A DNA stretch of 64,000 bases from assembly GCA_030586555.1 (NCBI GenBank), contig JAURAC010000004.1:32001-96000 (forward strand), in the 5' to 3' direction. Positions 26,775 to 36,559 of this stretch are shown one piece after another; positions within the stretch are counted from its first letter, which is position 1, and each line of letters begins with the position of its first letter. Source of the DNA: Candidatus Subterrananammoxibius californiae. Its GTDB lineage: Bacteria > Planctomycetota > Brocadiia > Brocadiales > Subterrananammoxibiaceae. The position numbers and the translations under genes were made by a program. The notes below the pieces were generated by a model that was not told the origin of the DNA, did not search any database, and saw only the letters and a list, made by a program, of their open reading frames with translations.

Positions 26775-29432
26775 ATGAAGAAGAAAAAGAAGATGTTTTA
26801 TGGATTTGCGTTTAGTATGATTTTGCTATTTGCCTTAACTCATAATAGTGGTTATGCTAACTGGGAATCCCATGGTATTGGTGGAGGCGGCGCACTGTAT
26901 TCAGCTTCAATAAGCCCACACGACCCACAGGTTATCTACATCGCCTCCGACATGACAGGAGTCTACCACACCGCCAATTTCGGCATTAGCTGGGAGACTA
27001 TTGACTTTAAGCAGCTTCAGGGTGGTATTGATACCAATGTTTGCTTTACCTCAGACCCATCCATCCTCTACGCCCTGCAAGTCACGGGAGACGATGCACG
27101 CAGGCCAGCGAAAAGCATAGATGGAGGCGCAACATGGACGCCTCTACCTAATGACCCTACTTATGGAGAGACATTTTCACTCCGCGCTGACCCTAACTCA
27201 ACCGAGCATCTTTTTGTGACAACATGGACTAAACTATACTTTTCAAGCGACGGCGGGGCAAGCTTCGATTTGGTTTATACTACCTCAAACTATGACGGCG
27301 GTTTGCACATCGCAGGCGTATTCTGGGATGGAAACAACATCTTCATAGGAACTCAGGACGGCCTACTTATCTCATCAAATGGAGGCACCAGCTTTGCCCT
27401 CTCCCCATACAATGGTATCCCATCTGGCGAGTATGTAGTCTCGTTTGCCAGCGCCAAGGAGGGAAGCGCCATTCGCTTTTTTGTCGTTACCTATGATAGC
27501 GTCTTCGCTGGCATTACAGGCGGCGAGGTATGGAATTATAAAAACGTCTATCGCCTTGATTGGGGACAAGGTAACTGGACTAAAAAGATTAACGGCATCC
27601 AGGATTGCGACCACCCTTTCTTTGTTGGTATGACCCTCAATGATGTGGACGTCGCTTACTTAGCAGGAGCCGCCATATATCCATGCTTTGGACCCATTGT
27701 CTATAAAACAACCGATGGCGGTAACACATGGAATAGCATTTTCTTGACCGACAACAACCAGAATATCGCAACCGGCTGGAGCGGCGATGGCGGCGACGAA
27801 GACTGGTGGTATGGCGAATATGTGCTGGGCTTTTCGGTATGCCCCAATAATTCAAACCGCGTCATCATTACCGACCTGGGTTTTGCACACGTAACAGACG
27901 ACGGCGGTGCCAACTGGCGACAGGCATACGTTGAACCCGCTTACGAGAACCCTGCAGGTAGCCCCACGCCTAAGGGTAGGTACTACCATGGCAATGGCTT
28001 AGAGGACACAAGTTCCTGGTGGCTTCACTGGACAGGTCAGAGTACAATAATTGCCGGCTTCTCCGACATCAATGGAACCCGAAGCGGCGATAATGGCAAT
28101 ACATGGGCTGCTGGCTCGAGTCTTGGCTTACCACACAATAGTACATACTGCATCATCGGGCACCCAACAAACGGTAAGCTCTACGCTGCGACCTCATCGG
28201 TGCATGACTTATATGAAAGCACTTACCTGCAAGACAGCCGAATCAACGGAGGGACAGGTTCATTGGTCATGTCAGACGACGAGGGCCAGACCTGGCAAAC
28301 CCTCAAGAACTTTAGTCATCCTGTAATCTGGCTTGCCATCAATCCAAATGACACAGAAACCATGTACGCCAGTGTGGTTCATAGCACCCTGGGAGGAATT
28401 TACGTTACACACAATCTTAGCGACGGTGCCTCTGCAACATGGACCAAGCTGGGCAACCCACCCCGAACCGAAGGTCATCCTTATAACATTCATGTATTGA
28501 ATGACGGCGCACTGGTGGCAACTTACTCAGGCAGGCGCAATACATCTGGCGCCTTTACTGAGAGTTCCGGGGTATTCATCAGCACTAATGGCGGCAATAC
28601 GTGGCTGGACCGTAGCGACACAGGCATGAGGCGATGGACCAAGGACATTGTTATAGACCCCAACGACCCGAATCAGAACACCTGGTACGTAGCTGTATTT
28701 AGCCACTGGGGAAGCTATCCAAATGAGGTCGGAGGCATTTACCGAACAACCAATCGGGGCCAGAGCTGGATGCGCATCAGCGATTCCTATAGAGTGGAGT
28801 CTGCTGCGATTCATCCGGATAACCCCAATGTCTTATACTTTTCCACCGAGACTGAGGGCTTGTGGCGCACTGATAATCTAAATGATACCTATCCAACGTT
28901 TACCCAGGTGGGAGATTACCCGTTCCGACACCCGGTTCGCATCTTCTTCAATCCCTTAAACCACAACGAGATTTGGGTAACCAATTTCGGTGGCGGGCTA
29001 TGGGTGTACACAGAGGATGGGGGAACCACCACAACTATATCTACTACAACAACCACAACGCTGACGCCAGTAACCACCACCACCACTACTACTACTATTA
29101 CTACTACTACAAGTACAACCACAACAACGCTGGCAAAGATATGCCGCACATGTCCTACTATGTTTTATGTAAAAAAGGGCAAGACTAAATGCAAGCCATT
29201 CTGGATATGGAATTGTGGGGGAGGAACGTTGAGTTGGACGGTTAGCAAGGATTGCAACTGGCTGACGCTCAGTCCGTCAAATGGAACGTCCACAGGAGAG
29301 GATATTAGAGTAACGGCTTGCGTTAATACTGCCGGTATGGTTAAGGGCGATTATCAATGTACCGTGACCATCACTGGAGAGGGTGCATCAAACTCTCCGC
29401 TGAAGTGCATAATCAGGTTGACGGTTAAATAA
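26775..29432 (+). CDS. Secreted BNR/Asp-box beta-propeller (GH74/sialidase-like) with Thr-rich linker and BACON-like domain
   Basis: Repeated SxDGGxTW, GIGGGG, poly-Thr linker, GGGTLSWTVS..WLTLSP..G. Confidence 0.8.
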   Translation: MKKKKKMFYGFAFSMILLFALTHNSGYANWESHGIGGGGALYSASISPHDPQVIYIASDMTGVYHTANFGISWETIDFKQLQGGIDTNVCFTSDPSILYALQVTGDDARRPAKSIDGGATWTPLPNDPTYGETFSLRADPNSTEHLFVTTWTKLYFSSDGGASFDLVYTTSNYDGGLHIAGVFWDGNNIFIGTQDGLLISSNGGTSFALSPYNGIPSGEYVVSFASAKEGSAIRFFVVTYDSVFAGITGGEVWNYKNVYRLDWGQGNWTKKINGIQDCDHPFFVGMTLNDVDVAYLAGAAIYPCFGPIVYKTTDGGNTWNSIFLTDNNQNIATGWSGDGGDEDWWYGEYVLGFSVCPNNSNRVIITDLGFAHVTDDGGANWRQAYVEPAYENPAGSPTPKGRYYHGNGLEDTSSWWLHWTGQSTIIAGFSDINGTRSGDNGNTWAAGSSLGLPHNSTYCIIGHPTNGKLYAATSSVHDLYESTYLQDSRINGGTGSLVMSDDEGQTWQTLKNFSHPVIWLAINPNDTETMYASVVHSTLGGIYVTHNLSDGASATWTKLGNPPRTEGHPYNIHVLNDGALVATYSGRRNTSGAFTESSGVFISTNGGNTWLDRSDTGMRRWTKDIVIDPNDPNQNTWYVAVFSHWGSYPNEVGGIYRTTNRGQSWMRISDSYRVESAAIHPDNPNVLYFSTETEGLWRTDNLNDTYPTFTQVGDYPFRHPVRIFFNPLNHNEIWVTNFGGGLWVYTEDGGTTTTISTTTTTTLTPVTTTTTTTTITTTTSTTTTTLAKICRTCPTMFYVKKGKTKCKPFWIWNCGGGTLSWTVSKDCNWLTLSPSNGTSTGEDIRVTACVNTAGMVKGDYQCTVTITGEGASNSPLKCIIRLTVK

Positions 29433-31135
29433 TGAAAAGCACTACCCAACAGAAACAATTAATTGTGTTGCTATTATTCATGTTCATTGCTTGTGCCAGC
29501 ATACCTCCTTGTGGTGTGGTTCGCGCTGACGGTGTTACTGACCCAACCCAGATTCTTACCCCGGCTCCATTGCCCCTGCAACCTGTGGGTACTCCCTTCA
29601 TGGACCCGGTCTTCGATACTTCTCTGCGCCGCGTCTCCAATACCAGCGATAGTGGAGGTTTTGAAACCCAAACTTATTCCCAACTCCAGGCATTCTCATC
29701 TGACAATGCCTACATACTGTTAAGTGGCTCAAACGGCTACGTCATCCGTCGTTTGAGCGACCTCAGTCTGGTAGCAGGTCTGGACACCTCAGAGTGGAAT
29801 GCTCCTCGCTGGCACCCTGTCATGTCCCACACCCTCGTCCACTTTGACAGTAACGCTGACACAACCATCCGTCTTCAATTCACGGACGTGGATACATTTA
29901 CCACTACCACAGTTTTCACCTTTCCATCTCAATACAATTACATACTGGTCAATCAATCCTTTGACGAAATTTCGGAGGATGGACGGTGGCTGGCTGGAAT
30001 GGTCATCCGTAACGACAGGAAAAGGGTCATCTTTGCACTGGATGTTCAGAATGGCGTCCTGACGGTGGAGTTGCCAATCTCTGATTTATATGCCGGCGAC
30101 TGCCAGCCTGACCCAGAGTGGGGTGAGGTCGAGCCGGACTGGGTGGGGGTCTCGCCGTTAGGCAGATACCTGGTAGTACAATGGAAGCGTGACGGCATCA
30201 CCCGATGTAGTGGTATGGAAACCTTCGACCTGCAAACAGGCAATTTCGTAGGGCGCGTATACGATGGTCACCAGCACGGCGACCTTGGTATAGATTCTGA
30301 CGGTACTACAGAGTTCTTCATGACATTCGAGATGTCTTCAACCTTTGATAACAATCGCCCCGCAATCGGCATGCGTGAACTACCCGGCACGCCCACCGTC
30401 AGTCAGCCCTCTTACTTGCAGGTGTTGGACTGGGGAAATGCCGGCCATATTTCTTGCCGGGGTCCCAACGGTGTAGGCCTTATATCATGCAATGGTTGGA
30501 ATGTTAATGGCTGGAATCCTTTTGAGAGGGAACTCTTCCTTCAATACACAGACGGTTCCGTCCTGCGACTCGCCCACCATCGTTCCAGCAGTTGCGGTTA
30601 CTGGGTTCAACCACGTGCAAGCATTTCACGCGATGGCCGCTATATAGTCTTCACCTCCGATTGGGGACAGGAAACGGGAATGAACAGTTGCAACGTCTGG
30701 AATGACCCACTGGGAGCAGGTGACCCGTACATTATTGACCTTGGAGATAATGCCACGGGCAGCACAACAACTACCACTACAACTACGACTATAAGTACAA
30801 CAACTTCTTCAACTATTACAACGACGTCTACTACGACTACAACCGTTGTATGCCAGTGTCCTGCCGATAGTTCTAAGGGATGTATATCAGGCACTGTGAA
30901 AAATCGTACAGGTAACCCGCTTGCAAAAAAGACCGTAAGACTAAAGAGAATATCCCCGAAAAAACCTTATGCCGCAATGAATGTTGTAACAGGTAACGAC
31001 GGTTGCTATCGCTTCACCAATCTTAAGAACGGCACATACGAGATAAAGGTAAATAGTTGCAATGGTGGGGGCACAAAAACTGTAGATGTCACTGCTGGTG
31101 GTAAGGTAAATGATGTGAATTTTCAGTGCAGATAG
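29432..31135 (+). CDS. Secreted beta-propeller protein with Thr-rich linker and carboxypeptidase-regulatory-like domain
   Basis: Signal peptide, ISRDGRYIVFTSDW, poly-Thr, ISGTV..G.Y.FTNL..GTYEIKV. Confidence 0.75.
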   Translation: MKSTTQQKQLIVLLLFMFIACASIPPCGVVRADGVTDPTQILTPAPLPLQPVGTPFMDPVFDTSLRRVSNTSDSGGFETQTYSQLQAFSSDNAYILLSGSNGYVIRRLSDLSLVAGLDTSEWNAPRWHPVMSHTLVHFDSNADTTIRLQFTDVDTFTTTTVFTFPSQYNYILVNQSFDEISEDGRWLAGMVIRNDRKRVIFALDVQNGVLTVELPISDLYAGDCQPDPEWGEVEPDWVGVSPLGRYLVVQWKRDGITRCSGMETFDLQTGNFVGRVYDGHQHGDLGIDSDGTTEFFMTFEMSSTFDNNRPAIGMRELPGTPTVSQPSYLQVLDWGNAGHISCRGPNGVGLISCNGWNVNGWNPFERELFLQYTDGSVLRLAHHRSSSCGYWVQPRASISRDGRYIVFTSDWGQETGMNSCNVWNDPLGAGDPYIIDLGDNATGSTTTTTTTTTISTTTSSTITTTSTTTTTVVCQCPADSSKGCISGTVKNRTGNPLAKKTVRLKRISPKKPYAAMNVVTGNDGCYRFTNLKNGTYEIKVNSCNGGGTKTVDVTAGGKVNDVNFQCR

Positions 31136-31395
31136 TTAGCTTTGTCTTTCCGGAGTTAAAAGTAAGTTTACGTGGTATAACGTTGGCTGACACGGTTTTA
31201 CTCGTGGAATTTGTTATGATGATGTCTTGCAGAAAAGGGTGTAGTTTCGCAATCGGGACAGAGTATTAAATGAAATTTTTCATCCTCGATCTGCTCTGCA
31301 ATGACGGGGTGAAGCTCTACCCATGTACCAAACTTGCGTATCTTATTACATCTGGAGCATCGTATGACCAACCATATCCTCCGTAACCAGAACTA

Positions 31396-32106
31396 CTACT
31401 GATGTAAGTAAGGTTGCGCAACAATCCTGTGCCGGGCGCCAAGCTGGGGTGTTACGGGTTTGGGAACGTATCCAATATCTCCTTTTGATTCCGACGTCCA
31501 TAGAGCTGTATAGCTCGTCGCGCTCCAAACCGGGACAATGTTAAACTCCAGATGCACTATGCCACCTGTACCTGGAAGAAAGTCACTTAGAAGATAACCG
31601 CCGAGCGGTTTAAATATAGCTCCACCGGCACCGATATTTACGCCAATAATTCCATCAATGGTTAAACCTCCAAAATTTCCGCCTAAGGCAAGTGCTCCGA
31701 CGCTATCCAATATCTCCACATCGAATCCTGTAGGGTTAGGATTAGCGCCGCCCGTAGTGACAAAGTCAGCATGTATCAGTCCCGGGGTAACAGTAACACC
31801 ACTTAGGGTCGCAAAGATTGATACACTTCCACCAACAATAAGGGGACCAGCAATAGTGCCTGGTGTAAAGGAGACTATACTACCAGTCATTGAAAGCAAT
31901 CCAGTTGCAGGTGTAAATGTGGTGATTCCATTTACGGGGCCCGAGGGAGAAGAGTCCCATCGTATAATAGGCGCTGTTATTGTGGGTGAGATAGTATGTG
32001 CAAAAAGATAGGTAAAAGGGGTGATATAACTCAAGGCAATAATTGCCGTGAGCGCTGAGATAAGCCGCAGTGATTTGTAAACAACCCGCATGTTAGTTAA
32101 TATCAA
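31396..32106 (-). CDS. Paralog of the adjacent PEP-CTERM protein with a decayed sorting signal
   Basis: Shares long identical stretches with 32312..33076 (NPNPTGFDVEILDSVGALALGGNFGGLTIDG); ends VPKP followed by a non-hydrophobic tail. Confidence 0.8.
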   Translation of the reverse strand: MILTNMRVVYKSLRLISALTAIIALSYITPFTYLFAHTISPTITAPIIRWDSSPSGPVNGITTFTPATGLLSMTGSIVSFTPGTIAGPLIVGGSVSIFATLSGVTVTPGLIHADFVTTGGANPNPTGFDVEILDSVGALALGGNFGGLTIDGIIGVNIGAGGAIFKPLGGYLLSDFLPGTGGIVHLEFNIVPVWSATSYTALWTSESKGDIGYVPKPVTPQLGARHRIVAQPYLHQ

Positions 32107-32311
32107 GTAATATTCCTTTTTGTTTCACAAAGGCTCTATCTTTTTGGAACAGCGAGCATTTTGCCAGAGTAAGCCGTCTTTGTCAAGGAAAATTTCCACA
32201 ATTTCTTTATCGCTTAAAAGGTTACCCCCTTGTCAAAAAAAAGTTTCAGAGTTTTAAAACAATTTACCCAAAGTCCATAAATTACCAATGGCTTTGTTAT
32301 AAAAGGCAGGC

Positions 32312-33076
32312 TCAATTTTTTCTCCAGAACCTTCGGCTGAGCTCAGGTCGAAGCCTTCTGTAACCAAGGAAGCCAAACAACCCTGTGCCAAGCAAGGCTA
32401 TTGTTATAGGTTCCGGAACAGGTCCGACATCCCCTTTTGATTCTGAAGTCCATGCAGCGGTGAAACTTGTTGCGCTCCACGTTGGGACGGTGCTAAACTC
32501 TAAATGCACTATGCCAGCTGGGCCTGGAATAAAGTCGGGTAGAAGATAACCCCCAAGCGGCGTGAATGTTGCTCCACCAGCAGCGATGCCTGAGCCAAAG
32601 ATTCCATCAATGGTTAAACCTCCAAAATTCCCGCCTAAGGCAAGCGCTCCGACACTATCCAATATCTCCACATCGAACCCTGTAGGATTCGGATTAACGC
32701 CACCAGTAGTGCCAAAATCAGCATGTACGAACCCTGGAAATACAGTAGTGCCCGTCAGGGATGCAAAGATTGATACACTTCCACCAACCATAAGGGGACC
32801 AGGAATAGTATTTGGTATAAAGGAAACGACATTACCGCTCATTGAAAGTATCCCAGTTCCTGGCGCTCCTGGTGTAAATGTTGTGACTCCATTTACTGGA
32901 CCTGGAGGGGACGCATCCCCGGAAGAGTCCCATCCTATATCAGGCAATCCTATTGTTGGTGATATAGTATGTGCATGAAGACGTGTAGAAAGAACGGGAA
33001 AACTCAAGGCTATAATTGCCGAGAGTAGTGTAATGAACAATAACGGCCTCCCCAAAAAATATTTATTACTTCCCAT
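32312..33076 (-). CDS. PEP-CTERM sorting-domain protein
   Basis: Signal peptide; C-terminal VPEPITIALLGTGLFGFLGYRRLR. Confidence 0.92.
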   Translation of the reverse strand: MGSNKYFLGRPLLFITLLSAIIALSFPVLSTRLHAHTISPTIGLPDIGWDSSGDASPPGPVNGVTTFTPGAPGTGILSMSGNVVSFIPNTIPGPLMVGGSVSIFASLTGTTVFPGFVHADFGTTGGVNPNPTGFDVEILDSVGALALGGNFGGLTIDGIFGSGIAAGGATFTPLGGYLLPDFIPGPAGIVHLEFSTVPTWSATSFTAAWTSESKGDVGPVPEPITIALLGTGLFGFLGYRRLRPELSRRFWRKN

Positions 33077-33812
33077 AAGAAATTCCTCCCTCTGTTAAGA
33101 TGAAATTGTCGCTTCCAGTTCCGCTTCTATTTGTACGAAAGAGTTTCAGTAATTTTGAGGCAATCTTACCCATAGTCCACACGGATATCTTAAAGTCCAA
33201 ATACAGGCACATCTTCTTTATATAAATGCGGTCGTACGATAGCTTTTTCTTTACATCATCAATGGTTTCGTCATATTTGAGCCGTACCTGTGCAAGACCT
33301 GTGAGTCCGGGTTTAACCATGAGCCGATTCGTATAGCCCTGCATCTGCATCTTGAATGAATCAACAAAGAAAGGTCTTTCAGGTCTTGGGCCAATAAAAC
33401 TCATATCCCCTTTAATGATATTAATAAATTGAGGAATTTCATCCAGGTGCAAAGCCCTTATGTAATAACCCAGTTTTGTGACCCTTGGGTCTTCTGGTTT
33501 TGCCCATACAGGTCCTATTCCGTCCTCGGCATTTACATGCATCGTTCTAAACTTAATTATTCTAAAGGGTTTGCCCTCCTTGCCAATCCTTGTTTGCATA
33601 TAAAATACTGGTCCAGGAGACGTTAGCTTTACAAGAACGCTCAGTGTTAGTATTAGCGGTGTACTAATTATTAATGCAATAAAGGATAAGGCGATGTCAA
33701 ACAATCGCTTTATCAAGGCATATCGGGTACGTATTAGTCTCACAATCAGACTCGAAATGCCATTTCTTGAAAAGGTTATTCCTGTTGCTTCTCGTGCTTC
33801 CAATAGTAACAT
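33066..33812 (-). CDS. Polyprenyl-phosphate sugar phosphotransferase (priming sugar transferase)
   Basis: KRLFDI, KFRTM, DPRVT, LDEIPQF.N..GDMS.IGPRPERP, KPGLTG. Confidence 0.93.
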   Translation of the reverse strand: MLLLEAREATGITFSRNGISSLIVRLIRTRYALIKRLFDIALSFIALIISTPLILTLSVLVKLTSPGPVFYMQTRIGKEGKPFRIIKFRTMHVNAEDGIGPVWAKPEDPRVTKLGYYIRALHLDEIPQFINIIKGDMSFIGPRPERPFFVDSFKMQMQGYTNRLMVKPGLTGLAQVRLKYDETIDDVKKKLSYDRIYIKKMCLYLDFKISVWTMGKIASKLLKLFRTNRSGTGSDNFILTEGGISYGK

Positions 33813-33905
33813 TCTCAGTTAATCCTCCGGTGGAATCCCACCCCGCCTCATGCCGCTCCTGATTCCTAAACCTTCAGGAACAGGTTTAGTCAGGGGTAGC
33901 AAAAA

Positions 33906-34283
33906 TTAATAAAAACCATTAACAGTGCAAAGCATCATATCCGTCTTCTCACTAAACATTAAACCAACTCCCCATTTATCGCCTGCTTTTTCCTTTCTCA
34001 CAACAACTGCGTTAGCAAACAGCCAGAGATGTTGAGAGGAATAAGTAGTTGAGTCGTAACTTGCATGAACATAAATCGGGATATTTTGTCCCACGTGGCA
34101 CAGCTCAACATTCTTTGTTTCCAGCTCAAGATATGCCCCTCCAGTAGATATGTTTTTTGTGTACGCCTTTCCCGTTGGTAACATTATCGGGAGGGTCAGG
34201 TTTAGCCTTCTATTAGCCCTCCTATCGCTATTTGCGCTTGTCCATCTTTTTTCATTGATATCCTTAGCCAATCGAGTAGACAT
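33906..34283 (-). CDS. PilZ-domain protein
   Basis: DRRANRR (RxxxR) and NISTGGA (D/NxSxxG), GVGLMF. Confidence 0.8.
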   Translation of the reverse strand: MSTRLAKDINEKRWTSANSDRRANRRLNLTLPIMLPTGKAYTKNISTGGAYLELETKNVELCHVGQNIPIYVHASYDSTTYSSQHLWLFANAVVVRKEKAGDKWGVGLMFSEKTDMMLCTVNGFY

Positions 34284-34285
34284 TT

Positions 34286-35236
34286 CTACTTAGCTATCAT
34301 AGCAGAGCTTGAACCGTAATAAAGTTTTAAAGCATCTCTTTCTGCGAAACCGCAGTCATCAACAAAGGTAAGCCGATGGTCAGTGTAACACCCGATTACA
34401 GACTGTATAGTAGAGAATTTAAAGTCAGACAATAATCTCCTGAGTTTACTCTCAGTTTTAGATATGTTTCCGTAATGCCTTAACCTTGTAACCCAATCCA
34501 CCTCGACACGAGGTTGGTCTGCGTCTAACTCCCAGGGATGAAGGTAAATAATTGCAGGATAGCCTTGCTTATTGATTCTTCTGATACCCCATTTCATAAA
34601 AGTGTAAGGCAACAACCTTAAGTATCCTCCCCCTGCAATGGGAAACCTTCTGCCAAAAGCCTTTGTAGTTGACAAAGGAACCTCGATAAGCTCATCCATT
34701 TCACCCAGCTTAATCAGATGGAGAAATGGGTTCGCATTGGGCATACCGTATCTGTCATGGTACTGAATGGGGAAAATGCTCGAATCATATTGGTATCCCT
34801 CTTCTAATAATATTTTTAGCGTCCAGCGTGTTTTGTTTGTAATTGAGAAACTCGGCGCCCTGTAACCATTAACCTTGCTGCCTGTAATTTCTTCGAGGAT
34901 ACGCTTGCTGCGAGCTACATCCATTCGGAATGAATAAGGGTTTTGGTCGTAGATTAGCTGGTGCGCATATCCATGAGATGCAATTTCGTGACCCTTTTCA
35001 AAAATCTCCTTTACCAGTTCAGGAATGCGTTCTGCTATCCACCCGAGGACGAAGAAGGTTGCTTTTGTATTATATTCATCCAGGATTGATAGTATTTTTT
35101 GTGTATTTTCTACTACCCGCAGTTTATAGTTATTCCATGCCTTGTAGGGTATGATTGATGCGAAATTTGAAACCTGGAAATAATCCTCAACATCAATCGT
35201 AATGGCATTAACAAATTTTTCTTTTTTACTAATCAT
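34286..35236 (-). CDS. Polysaccharide deacetylase (PEP-CTERM/XrtA-associated, DUF3473)
   Basis: TIDVEDYFQ, ATFFVLG, HEIASHGYAH, GYRAPSFS, GGGYLRLLP, YLHPWE. Confidence 0.92.
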   Translation of the reverse strand: MISKKEKFVNAITIDVEDYFQVSNFASIIPYKAWNNYKLRVVENTQKILSILDEYNTKATFFVLGWIAERIPELVKEIFEKGHEIASHGYAHQLIYDQNPYSFRMDVARSKRILEEITGSKVNGYRAPSFSITNKTRWTLKILLEEGYQYDSSIFPIQYHDRYGMPNANPFLHLIKLGEMDELIEVPLSTTKAFGRRFPIAGGGYLRLLPYTFMKWGIRRINKQGYPAIIYLHPWELDADQPRVEVDWVTRLRHYGNISKTESKLRRLLSDFKFSTIQSVIGCYTDHRLTFVDDCGFAERDALKLYYGSSSAMIAK

Positions 35237-35255
35237 TTTCTAATTAATCCCCGCT

Positions 35256-35477
35256 TCAGGCAACACGGTCTGAAGGTTGATTGTTCCTCTGCATATCTTC
35301 TGGTGTTACTTGTGGGGTATAGGTCTGCTCTATTTGCCCATCCGGATTTTTTTTAACTGACAAATCTGCGTCAGGCGCAACGGTACTTGACCATATTCCC
35401 ACCATTAAACCTGCAAATAGCAGTATTACAATATAAAGATTCTTAAACAATTGTTGTGAATCCTCTAAAAGTGTCAA
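35256..35477 (-). CDS. Small membrane-anchored hypothetical protein
   Basis: One hydrophobic segment; same strand and position as the surrounding operon; start uncertain. Confidence 0.45.
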   Translation of the reverse strand: MTLLEDSQQLFKNLYIVILLFAGLMVGIWSSTVAPDADLSVKKNPDGQIEQTYTPQVTPEDMQRNNQPSDRVA

Positions 35478-35509
35478 GGGCGTATGCCATACGCCCCTAC
35501 ATAAAAATC

Positions 35510-36190
35510 TTACGACTTCTTTAGAAATTTCCTTCCTTTGTATCCAAGAAGGCTTACAATTCCCATGCTTAGAAGGGCAATGGTTGTTGGTTCAGGGACA
35601 GGCGTTCCCTCCGCATCATGACTTAAGGGGGCTTTTTCTTCCCAATCACCGTCATGATCTAATGTATAAGCATCAAAATGAACCGCGGTGGAACCATACA
35701 TTGTTACAGAGAAATTTTTTGCTTCACCATACCAGGTGCAATCACCTTCAAAACCCGGCTCCGTGTTGCATACACTTCCAGGAACGTTTGAAAAGCTGCC
35801 CACATTGACTTGCAAATAGTGGGCGTCAAATATACCATGGTCTGGGAAATCGTCCGGTTTACCCCAGGTAAAAGCAGAAGCTGTGTAATCAGTGCCAGCA
35901 AAGTTTATAATGTTACCAGCAGGAAGGGTGTCAAATTCTCCAAACCCCGTAAGCGCCACCGATACAAATACGCCCGTATCACCTGGTTGCGGGTGGTTAT
36001 GATTTGCGCTGATGACTTGCAAGGTGAAGGGGTTCCCTGGAGTAAATGTGTAAACCCATGTATCACTGACAGTATCATAAGTACCGCCTGGGGTATAAAG
36101 TTGTAAATCTGGTACAGCAGAAGCATTTGTAATCCACTGCAACGTCACAGCCACAAACAAACATAGTGATATTATAATTTTCCTAACCAT
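35510..36190 (-). CDS. PEP-CTERM protein (choice-of-anchor N-like)
   Basis: Signal peptide, VPDLQLY, HFDAY, APLSHDA, VPEPTTIALLSMG...RK. Confidence 0.9.
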   Translation of the reverse strand: MVRKIIISLCLFVAVTLQWITNASAVPDLQLYTPGGTYDTVSDTWVYTFTPGNPFTLQVISANHNHPQPGDTGVFVSVALTGFGEFDTLPAGNIINFAGTDYTASAFTWGKPDDFPDHGIFDAHYLQVNVGSFSNVPGSVCNTEPGFEGDCTWYGEAKNFSVTMYGSTAVHFDAYTLDHDGDWEEKAPLSHDAEGTPVPEPTTIALLSMGIVSLLGYKGRKFLKKS

Positions 36191-36247
36191 ATAATGTTTC
36201 CTCCACCTTTTTAATCTTAATTATCGGTAATTAGCATACTATTAATT

Positions 36248-36263
36248 AACAAATACAATGCCA
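36248..36263 (-). promoter_or_regulatory. Probable sigma54 promoter of the PEP-CTERM/EPS operon
   Basis: Minus strand TGGCAT-TGTAT-TTGTT, ~60 bp upstream of the ATG; -12 element imperfect. Confidence 0.55.
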
Positions 36264-36559
36264 TAACCAGAATAATAAGAAACTAAACAAGGATGTGTGT
36301 TGTAAGAAGTGATTTTACAGAATGTTAGAGCAATGATTTTTATTGGCAACAACAAGACTTAAAAATATAAGGATTAGGGATTTGTTGACAAAAGCCAAAA
36401 TTTATTTCGCTGAGAATAGTAAATTTACATCCTAAGATTTGGTGTAGTATTTACTTATAAGAATGTCGTCTTTTGCCAACAACTTTTGGAAAAAGTGGAA
36501 TGATTCTGCGCGGTTTTTTTCCCGTGGGTGACTGTTGTAAGTATTTGATATTTAAAGTC

